From IMG/VR virus record IMGVR_UViG_3300045988_107309: a stretch of 64,000 bases of DNA, one strand, 5' to 3'. The translations under genes were made by a program, and so were the position numbers. Below the pieces are notes generated by a model. That model had not been told where the DNA came from and ran no database searches. It was given only the letters and a program-made list of their open reading frames with translations. This document shows positions 38,785-46,541 of this stretch, in pieces. Position 1 is the stretch's first letter; each line of letters starts with the position of its first letter. The stretch is from a virus.

Positions 38785-39661
38785 TTTATTCCAGTCAGTG
38801 AAGCAGGAGGGGTATATTATCAAACCCCTCGACTTCTTTTTAGAGAAACAGGCAAATGCAGATAATGACCGGGCAGTAGATGTAAATGCTCCATCACAAG
38901 CAGGTCAGTGTATGCGACACAATTATTACATGAGAAAGAGATATGACTCAGATGGTGATATTGGTGCAAGAACACAGCGTATCTTTGATAATGGTACATA
39001 CACACATGAGAGACTACAGGCTTATCTTCTGGAAATGTTTTTGCTGATATGTGATGAAGTACCTCTGTTAGATGAAGAGTACAATATTCAAGGACACACT
39101 GATGGTTTTCTGGATTTGCCAGATGATGAAATAGCAATACTGGAAATTAAGTCAATCAATGACAATCAGTTTAACCAGTTGAAAGACGCTAAAGAGGAGC
39201 ATAAGCAACAGGGTCTTATCTATCTTTATTGTGCAGAGCAGAGAAGACTTGCTTTAAGGAAGAAGTATAAGACTCTGAAAGATTTCTATGCTTCACAGGA
39301 AGAGAGAGCAGAGTACTACAGGTCTAAGTATCAACACATGAAAGGTGGAAGAAAGTTTACCAGAGAACAGAAGATTCAGCATGAGGTAGACCTTAACTTG
39401 ATTTGTGATGATATTCTGTACCAGACGGATAAACCTATTACAAAGGTTATTTTTCTGTATGAGAATAAAAATAACCAAGAACTGAAAGAGTATGTTGTGG
39501 AGAGAAATAAGGTGACAGAACATATTCTTACAGGTGTTCTTAACAGATATGAAGAGTTGAATGAGTACTGTGAGGAAGAGGAAGTTCCACCAAGAGAGGG
39601 TACAAGCAAGTCTTGTCAGACCTGTAGATGGTGTCAGTATTCTCTTGAATGTTGGAGGTAA
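38771..39661 (+). CDS. Cas4/RecB-like PD-(D/E)XK exonuclease with a 4-Cys cluster
   Basis: GHTDGFLD, ILEIKS, an N-terminal Cys and a C-terminal CQTCRWCQYSLEC. Confidence 0.7.
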   Translation: MSLNSLFQSVKQEGYIIKPLDFFLEKQANADNDRAVDVNAPSQAGQCMRHNYYMRKRYDSDGDIGARTQRIFDNGTYTHERLQAYLLEMFLLICDEVPLLDEEYNIQGHTDGFLDLPDDEIAILEIKSINDNQFNQLKDAKEEHKQQGLIYLYCAEQRRLALRKKYKTLKDFYASQEERAEYYRSKYQHMKGGRKFTREQKIQHEVDLNLICDDILYQTDKPITKVIFLYENKNNQELKEYVVERNKVTEHILTGVLNRYEELNEYCEEEEVPPREGTSKSCQTCRWCQYSLECWR

Positions 39662-39666
39662 TTCCT

Positions 39667-40188
39667 ATGAGTGTGCTTAAAGAATGTCCTTCATTTAAAG
39701 GAGTCATATATGCTTCTAACAAAGGCAACATTTATAAGAAGAACTCTAAAGGAGTGTTGAAACCTTTGAAGCAGAGATATGATAAAGATGGGTATTTGCT
39801 TGTGTCCTTTAGAATAAATGGTGTTCCTTATACCAAAAAATCACATAGACTTGTGGCAGAAGCATTTATTCCTAATCCTAAAAATCTTCCCTATGTAAAT
39901 CATAAGAAAGGTAAGAAGGATAAAAATGTTCCAAGTAATCTTGAATGGTGTACTGCAAAATACAACAGGATTCATGCACATAAAAATGACTTAACTTTTC
40001 ACTATAAAATAACAGTGGTGAATAATTTAACTCTGGAAGTTTCGGTGTTTAACAGTTATTCAGAAGTTAAAAAGTTTATAGGGTGTAAAAATGAGTCAAT
40101 GGTGAAATACCTCTGTGATGTTGTTCGACCAGTTAGGGGTAAATATAAACACTTATCTTTTATAAGAGAGGAGGTTCATCATAAATGA
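39667..40188 (+). CDS. free-standing HNH homing endonuclease (NUMOD4 + HNH_3-like)
   Basis: HRLVAEAFIPNP...VNHKKGKKDKNVPSNLEWCT. ATG 39667 follows a GGAGG site. Confidence 0.8.
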   Translation: MSVLKECPSFKGVIYASNKGNIYKKNSKGVLKPLKQRYDKDGYLLVSFRINGVPYTKKSHRLVAEAFIPNPKNLPYVNHKKGKKDKNVPSNLEWCTAKYNRIHAHKNDLTFHYKITVVNNLTLEVSVFNSYSEVKKFIGCKNESMVKYLCDVVRPVRGKYKHLSFIREEVHHK

Positions 40189-40736
40189 AACTACAGAAAA
40201 AACAAAAGCTGGGGAAAGTTAGTCCTTTAAAGACTCTGAAAGAGAAGAAGAGTTATGTGGACTCTATGCACGAAGAGTTAGAACTTAAAGGTGTTGACTT
40301 TTTCTCACCAGAAGGGTCATTGAATATTGACACTGATTATCTGTCTCTTCCGGCTAATATCACTGATGTTCCTGCTAAAGACTTAGGGGAATATCTCAAC
40401 GCTTTCACACAGCAGAAAATGTATATGAGGACTCTTTTAGGTTATGCTGAGTGTATTCTTGAAGAAGCACAGAGAGAGTACCAGAAGGAAAGCCAGTACT
40501 TGTATAAGAAGTTGTCGGAAACCAAAATGTCTGAGAAAGCAAAAGAAAGAGAGTTAAACTCTGAACCGGAAATCTTCCCATACTATGAGAAGTACATGGA
40601 CTGCAAGAAGAAGTGTATGCTTTTAGAGTTGAACATTTCCAACATTGAGGATGCTATCTTTATGATAAGCCGAGAAGTCAGCCGGAGAACAGGAGACTTC
40701 AATAACGAGAACAGAAACTACAATGTAAACAGGTAG
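40185..40736 (+). CDS. hypothetical protein
   Basis: 183-aa ORF with a ribosome-binding site. Confidence 0.45.
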   Translation: MKLQKKQKLGKVSPLKTLKEKKSYVDSMHEELELKGVDFFSPEGSLNIDTDYLSLPANITDVPAKDLGEYLNAFTQQKMYMRTLLGYAECILEEAQREYQKESQYLYKKLSETKMSEKAKERELNSEPEIFPYYEKYMDCKKKCMLLELNISNIEDAIFMISREVSRRTGDFNNENRNYNVNR

Positions 40737-40740
40737 TGCA

Positions 40741-40775
40741 GAAAGACAGGTGTTTTACAATGCCTGTCTTTTGTT
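40741..40775 (+). terminator. rho-independent terminator
   Basis: aaagacagg / cctgtcttt form a 9-bp stem, followed by TTTTG. Confidence 0.7.
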
Positions 40776-40781
40776 GTATAA
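40753..40781 (+). promoter_or_regulatory. sigma70-like promoter overlapping the terminator
   Basis: TTTACA, a 17-nt spacer, then TATAAT. Confidence 0.55.
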
Positions 40782-40827
40782 TATTCATAAAGTAATAAAA
40801 GTGTGAAAGTAAGAAAGGAGAATAACA

Positions 40828-42207
40828 GTGGCAGTAAAACTTAAAAGAAAATCCATGTTCAAGAGAGGATTTGAAAAGAGGGAGAAAGAGACTCCCATTA
40901 CATTAGACCAACAACAGGATTTAGCTGTTCATGCTAAAGACAGTAATGTTTTAGTCGTTGCCGGAGCAGGTTCGGGAAAGACCAGAGTACTTACAGAGAG
41001 AATCAAGTTTCTTTTAGAAGAGGGTGTTCCACCTTGTAATATAGTTGCAATTACTTTCACCAACATGGCGGCAGAGGAAATGAAAGAAAGACTGTATGAT
41101 GTGGAGGGAATAGGTGACGCTTTCATTGGAACTATTCACTCTTTTGCAAATAGAGTGATGAAGTTGTCGGGAGAGAATTACAGAATTTATGATGACGGAA
41201 TTGACAATGACTTCCACCGGGAACTTATTACAAAGTACTGTAAGTCTTTAACTTTTGACAGATACCTTGAGTACAAGGATATGAAGACACAAGAAATGAT
41301 GGGTAAGATTTCTGAAAAGGAACTCAATGAGTATCTTCTTCCGAGTGAACAGGGTGAGTTAAGACTTATTGAAAGAACTGAGGACGCTATTGAGTATGAA
41401 ATCAGTGTTGCCGGAAGTACCCAGTTTCCAGAAAGTATTGATACCTTATGCAAGGCAAGAAATGTTATCACCTTTGAGGAATTGCTGAAAAGAGCAGAGA
41501 CATACTTTAGGAGTATCAATGCTGAGATTGAACACGTTCTGGTAGACGAGTTCCAAGATGTAGGCTCACTTGAGTTTAACTTCATTGACTCACTGCAAGC
41601 AGACAACTATTTCCTTGTAGGTGATGACTGGCAGAGTATTTACAGCTTTAAAGGTGGTAATGTTAAAATCTTTATGAAGCTGATTGAAGATGGACTGTTT
41701 CATGTGTATTATCTCACTAACAACTATCGAAACAGCAGGTCAGTGTTGGAGATTGCAGACACCATTATTTCACAGGTGTACAGTAAGATTGACAAGACTA
41801 TTGTTCCAATTTCAGAAGAAGAGGGTTCTGTACAACTTCTTTCTAAGAGGACAATGCCAGTAGTCCTTGACTCCATTAAGAAAGACGGAAACTTCCGGGA
41901 TTATTTTATCCTTGTGAGAACTAATAAAGACCTCTTTAAAGTGCAGGAGATTTGTGAGGAGAATGAAGTACCCTTTACCACTTTTAAAAGAGAGGGTATG
42001 TCACTTGCAGACTTAAAGAGACACATGGACTCCAACAGAGTAAAGATACTGACTGTTCATGTATCAAAAGGTCTTGAAGTGAAGAATGTTCTTCTGTATG
42101 GAAATTTCCCTGTGAAGTGTCCTAATTACATGAAAGACGAGGAAGAGAGAAAGGTTATGTATGTGGCAGTAACCAGAGCGAAAGAAAATTTAGTTATTAT
42201 GAACTGA
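40828..42207 (+). CDS. UvrD/PcrA-like SF1 helicase
   Basis: GTG start. Motifs VVAGAGSGKT, VDEFQD, NYRNS and VHVSKGLE. Confidence 0.85.
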   Translation: MAVKLKRKSMFKRGFEKREKETPITLDQQQDLAVHAKDSNVLVVAGAGSGKTRVLTERIKFLLEEGVPPCNIVAITFTNMAAEEMKERLYDVEGIGDAFIGTIHSFANRVMKLSGENYRIYDDGIDNDFHRELITKYCKSLTFDRYLEYKDMKTQEMMGKISEKELNEYLLPSEQGELRLIERTEDAIEYEISVAGSTQFPESIDTLCKARNVITFEELLKRAETYFRSINAEIEHVLVDEFQDVGSLEFNFIDSLQADNYFLVGDDWQSIYSFKGGNVKIFMKLIEDGLFHVYYLTNNYRNSRSVLEIADTIISQVYSKIDKTIVPISEEEGSVQLLSKRTMPVVLDSIKKDGNFRDYFILVRTNKDLFKVQEICEENEVPFTTFKREGMSLADLKRHMDSNRVKILTVHVSKGLEVKNVLLYGNFPVKCPNYMKDEEERKVMYVAVTRAKENLVIMN

Positions 42208-42208
42208 T

Positions 42209-42237
42209 TTTACACAAGGTCAGTTTTATGATAAAGT
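42209..42237 (+). promoter_or_regulatory. sigma70-like promoter
   Basis: TTTACA, a 17-nt spacer, then TAAAGT with an extended -10 TG. Confidence 0.45.
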
Positions 42238-42268
42238 ACTTATTATCAAATTGAAGGAGGATAACAGC

Positions 42269-43314
42269 ATGAAGGTAATTAAACCCTATCATCAACATTT
42301 CCCTAAAGAGGGAATGACACCCTACCAGTTTATTGAGAAGATTGGTAGAACCTGTTACAAGTCAGAGGATAAAATCACTAATGACAGTGCAGTGAAATTT
42401 GTGAAAGGACTGTGCAACAGAAAGCATTTTGCCATGATTGAGCATTATTGGGTACACATGAAATACACAGGTTCACATGAAGACTTAATGAAGGGTCTTG
42501 ATATGTTTGCAAGATGTGATTGTGCTTTAATGGGAGAATCTACAGATATTCTTCGACACGTTTATATTACGGACGTTTATGATATTTATATCTCAGCACC
42601 TTTAAGGGTATTCTTTGATATGGTGACAGCTTTGAGTGCCTATGACTTAAATACTGACCCAATCAACCATGTGGTAGATGAAATGTTGTCTTGTGTTGGT
42701 AATTACTTCCCAGAGATTTTCCCTCAGTGTTTTTCTTATAGGAATACAAGACATTTTCAAATTATGCCGGAGGAAGACTTTTGTGATGACTTATACAGAC
42801 AGCTTGCAGATAGTCCAAAAGGTATTAGAGAGCAGGAGATTATGAAACACTGCACACACACAGTTTTGTTTGTATGTGACAGAGGTGTTACACATGAGTT
42901 GGTAAGACATAGACCTTGTAGTTTTGCACAGGAGAGTACTCGTTACTGTAATTACTCACAGGGCAAGTTCAACAACGAAATCACTGTAATTCTTCCTTTC
43001 TTCTTTGATACCGGAATGGGAACAGCTTCTAACAGTACAGTACAGTATATGAAGCATGGAAATACTCTTGTGAAGTTGCCGAGAGAAAATATCTGGAACT
43101 CATTGGATATGGGGCAACACCGCAAGAAGCAAGAAGTGTTCTGCCTAACTCTTTAAAGACGGAAATCATTATGACTACTAATGAGACAGAGTGGCAACAC
43201 ATTGTCAATCTGAGAGCAAAAGGAACTACTGGTTCTCCACACCCTCAGATGAAAGAGATTATGCAACCGTGGTATGAAGAGTTGACCGAGTTATCAGAGG
43301 GGAGAATTAAGTAA
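42269..43314 (+). pseudogene. thyX: flavin-dependent thymidylate synthase ThyX, reading frame broken near 43046-43050
   Basis: The N-terminal part carries HELVRHRPCSFAQESTRY (RHR and SxRY motifs). The conserved C-terminus YEAWKYSCEVAERKYLELIGYGATPQEARSVLPNSLKTEIIMTTN continues in the -1 frame from 43033 to the stop at 43312-14. Confidence 0.75.
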
Positions 43315-43679
43315 TGGGTAAATTTACTTTTAGACTGAAAGACAGAATGAAGCTGACAGTTGAAAAGGTAAGTCCAAGAGTGTGTTTGTTTATTGTGAGT
43401 GGCAAGCACACTCACACCTTTAGAATCACAAGTAAGAGAGCAAAAGAACTGGTTAAAGTCTTTACTGATGTTAGTACTTTTGGGTATGAGGATATGAGAG
43501 TTGACCTCACTGGTTCTGATGATACTAAGAATGGTGTTCTCCATTTCGGAGATATGCAGAATGGAGATTATCACTTGCTTGTTTTCAGTGATACAAAGAA
43601 GATTTTGGACACCACTTTTAACAAGAAGTTTCTCAAAAAGATGTACCGCACAATGAAGGAGGTGTATGAAATTGAGTAA
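43314..43679 (+). CDS. hypothetical protein
   Basis: 121-aa ORF whose start forms a TAATG overlap with the ThyX stop. Confidence 0.45.
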   Translation: MGKFTFRLKDRMKLTVEKVSPRVCLFIVSGKHTHTFRITSKRAKELVKVFTDVSTFGYEDMRVDLTGSDDTKNGVLHFGDMQNGDYHLLVFSDTKKILDTTFNKKFLKKMYRTMKEVYEIE

Positions 43680-44004
43680 GGTAGACAATGTAAACCACCC
43701 TAAACACTATGAGGGAAGTACCTCTCTTGAATGTATTCAGTGCATGGAAGTGAGCATGGGTAAAAATGCTGTGTCTAACTTCTGCCTGTGTAATGCGTTC
43801 AAGTATCTGTGGAGATACAAACATAAAAATGGCAAAGAAGATGTAGCAAAAGCCAGATGGTATTTAGACCATGTTCTGAAATATATGGAGAGAAATGAGG
43901 ACTTGAATGAAGACATTGTAGTTGCATATCACAGATTGAATGACCTGTGGATTGAAGTACATGACTACATAGCAAACGGAGGATTGGATAATGAAGAGAA
44001 GTAG
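43666..44004 (+). CDS. DUF3310-like phage protein
   Basis: HPKHY...ECIQ...FCLCNAFKYLWRYKHKNG resembles the DUF3310 pattern. Confidence 0.5.
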   Translation: MKLSKVDNVNHPKHYEGSTSLECIQCMEVSMGKNAVSNFCLCNAFKYLWRYKHKNGKEDVAKARWYLDHVLKYMERNEDLNEDIVVAYHRLNDLWIEVHDYIANGGLDNEEK

Positions 44005-44614
44005 AATTGTAGCCTTAGTGTTAGTACTTATGTTGATGGTGAGTAACCTTTCCGGCTGTGCATGGCTTGACTCACAGATTGCGGATATTAAAGGTGAACT
44101 GATTGGTAACGCTTTCGATATTTCTATCTATGATAACTTCGGCACGAATATTTTAAACATCAGCGGAGACAAAGTACAGGTAGATAATAACATTGTGAAA
44201 GTAAAGAGTGTTGACTCCAATGGTGACTGGTCTACCACTTATGAAATGTCTTCTGTTACCTCTAACACTATTGACGGAAGTAATATGAATCAAGTGGGTA
44301 ACACGGTGATTTATGCTGAAAGAGGTCTTAATAAGATTACTGATTTTGAACTTCCTACTGATATTGAAACTTCCGGCGGTACATTTAATTTACTGGATAG
44401 AAATATCAATGACATTAAGAATTTAATTGGTACACCTAAAGTAGTTGTTATCTCTTCTCAGTTAGGAGTTCCTATTGCAGTGTATGGTGGAGATAAAGTG
44501 TATTATGAAATCCCAGATGACCTCCCTAAAATGACAAAGTTGAGTATTGATGGTAAAGCACTTTACATACACCGGGCGAATTATATTATCATTGATACAG
44601 ATATGATTGAATAG
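43991..44614 (+). CDS. lipoprotein
   Basis: Signal peptide plus lipobox: VALVLVLMLMVSNLSGC. Confidence 0.6.
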   Translation: MKRSRIVALVLVLMLMVSNLSGCAWLDSQIADIKGELIGNAFDISIYDNFGTNILNISGDKVQVDNNIVKVKSVDSNGDWSTTYEMSSVTSNTIDGSNMNQVGNTVIYAERGLNKITDFELPTDIETSGGTFNLLDRNINDIKNLIGTPKVVVISSQLGVPIAVYGGDKVYYEIPDDLPKMTKLSIDGKALYIHRANYIIIDTDMIE

Positions 44615-44625
44615 GAGGTTAGGAT

Positions 44626-45558
44626 ATGCCATGTATATGTTATGTTCCAAAGAACTTCCGGGAAGATAAATTGGAACTGATTGAACAGATAAATGATGTA
44701 GTTAATACCTACACCATGCAAGGATATACTCTTACTCTCCGTCAGCTTTATTATCAGCTTGTGGCAAGAGGTATCATTGAAAACACACAGAGAAGCTATA
44801 AAAATGTAGGGAATCTTATCAATGACGCACGTTTAGCTGGATTGATTGACTGGAAAGCTATTGAAGATAGAACCAGAAATCTTAAAGGACTCACTCATTG
44901 GGAGAATCCACAGCAGATTATCAGAAGTGCTTCATACCAGTACAAGAAAGATTTGTGGAAAGACCAGAACTATCATCTTGAGGTGTGGGTTGAGAAAGAA
45001 GCACTTGCAGAAGTTGTTGCAAAAGCAAGTCAGCCTTTTGATGTGGACTATTTCTGTTGCAGAGGTTATGTGTCACAGTCTGAAATGTGGGAGTCTGCTC
45101 AGAGACTTGTGAGACATTGTAACCACGGAAAGAACTGTATCATTATCCATTTAGGAGACCATGACCCCAGTGGTATTGATATGAGCAGAGATATTGAAGA
45201 GCGTTTACAGCTTTTTGGTAGTCAAGACGGAGGAAGAACTTTTGATAATCACTTCTTAGGTCTCAAAAGAATTGCTTTAAATATGGACCAGATTGAAGAG
45301 TTTAACCCACCTCCAAATCCGGCAAAGATTACTGACACCAGAGCCAAAAGTTACATTGAGAAATTTGGCGACGAAAGTTGGGAGTTAGACGCTTTAGAGC
45401 CAAGAGTGATAACGGAACTTATTTCTAAGACTATTACAGAGTATGCCAATGAAGAAATCATGGAAGAAGTAAGAGACAGAGTAGAGAAAGAGAAGCAGGT
45501 AATGAACTTGATTTGTGATGACTGGAATAATCTCTATGGTCTTTACTCCAACAGATAA
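44626..45558 (+). CDS. Spo11/Topo VI subunit A-like protein (5Y-CAP + Toprim; 'mini-A'-like)
   Basis: LRQLYYQLV (catalytic-Tyr-like YY), VWVEKEA (Toprim Glu) and GDHDPSG (DxD). Confidence 0.55.
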   Translation: MPCICYVPKNFREDKLELIEQINDVVNTYTMQGYTLTLRQLYYQLVARGIIENTQRSYKNVGNLINDARLAGLIDWKAIEDRTRNLKGLTHWENPQQIIRSASYQYKKDLWKDQNYHLEVWVEKEALAEVVAKASQPFDVDYFCCRGYVSQSEMWESAQRLVRHCNHGKNCIIIHLGDHDPSGIDMSRDIEERLQLFGSQDGGRTFDNHFLGLKRIALNMDQIEEFNPPPNPAKITDTRAKSYIEKFGDESWELDALEPRVITELISKTITEYANEEIMEEVRDRVEKEKQVMNLICDDWNNLYGLYSNR

Positions 45559-45572
45559 GTGAGTATTCTGTG

Positions 45573-45608
45573 TAGGGGAGTGGTAAAATCTGCTCCCCTA
45601 TTTTTATT
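45573..45608 (+). terminator. rho-independent terminator
   Basis: taggggag / ctccccta form an 8-bp stem, followed by TTTTTATT. Confidence 0.8.
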
Positions 45609-45687
45609 GTTGACGAAAAGAAGTCTCTGGACTATAATGGGGTTACAGCATTTTGTTGAATATATCGTAACAGTAAAGGAGAATTTA

Positions 45688-46161
45688 ATGATGAAGTTAA
45701 AGAAGCGAACAACAGAAACAGGTCAAGAAACAAAGCAACAACTGGAAACAAAACACGAAACTCTTTCAAGACAGGGTAGAAATGCTAAGAGAAAAGGCGG
45801 TCAGTTTGAGCGTGATGTAGCAAAGAAATTCCAGAAGAGATATGGTGTTGAATTAAAAAGAACACCTCAGTCTGGTGGATTTGCTAAGAAGTCAGAGAAA
45901 GCTGATGACTTTAGAGGAGACATTACTATTGTAGACACTAAGCAGGTGTTACTGTTACATATCGAATGTAAGAATCAGCAGAAGTGGTCTCTCCCTAAAT
46001 GGGTAAAGCAAGCAGAAAGTGACTGTCCAGAAGGTCGTGTACCAATCGTGGTGTTCCATGAACACAATACCTCAAATGATTATGTCACTTTGAAATTAGA
46101 GGATTTCTTAGACCTCGTTCCGAAAGAGAAAGTTATTGGAAGGAGGACATTTAAGAAATGA
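45688..46161 (+). CDS. PD-(D/E)XK nuclease / resolvase-like protein (second copy of this type)
   Basis: ATG 45688 follows AAGGAGA. GQFERDV...SGGF..DFRGDI...HIECKNQQK. Confidence 0.45.
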   Translation: MMKLKKRTTETGQETKQQLETKHETLSRQGRNAKRKGGQFERDVAKKFQKRYGVELKRTPQSGGFAKKSEKADDFRGDITIVDTKQVLLLHIECKNQQKWSLPKWVKQAESDCPEGRVPIVVFHEHNTSNDYVTLKLEDFLDLVPKEKVIGRRTFKK

Positions 46162-46541
46162 TAGTTTTGAAGTGGCTGTTTTTTATTGTAGTAGGGGTTG
46201 TTATTGAACATTATGTTTTCCCACTTGTTAATGTGTGTGGTAACAGTATGCTCCCCACCTACCAAGATGGGGAGATTGTTTTTTCTACAAGGATTTTCAG
46301 AAAGAACAAAATCAAGCCGGGAGACGTTATGGTGTTTAGACACCCTACAGTAAGAAACAGACTGTTAATTAAAAGAGTAGATAAGGTGTTCAAGAATAAT
46401 CATGGTGAAATACAGTCCATATACTTCTTAGGAGACAATGCCCCAGACAGTTATGACAGCAGAAATTTCGGTTATGTTTTAATGAAAGACCTTGTTTCAA
46501 AAGTCATTAAACCAAGAAAGAAGGAGGACATTTCATTATGA
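46158..46541 (+). CDS. S26-family signal peptidase I-like serine protease
   Basis: N-terminal transmembrane segment, GNSMLPT (catalytic Ser), LIKRV (Lys) and GDNAPDSYDSRNFG. Confidence 0.65.
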   Translation: MIVLKWLFFIVVGVVIEHYVFPLVNVCGNSMLPTYQDGEIVFSTRIFRKNKIKPGDVMVFRHPTVRNRLLIKRVDKVFKNNHGEIQSIYFLGDNAPDSYDSRNFGYVLMKDLVSKVIKPRKKEDISL

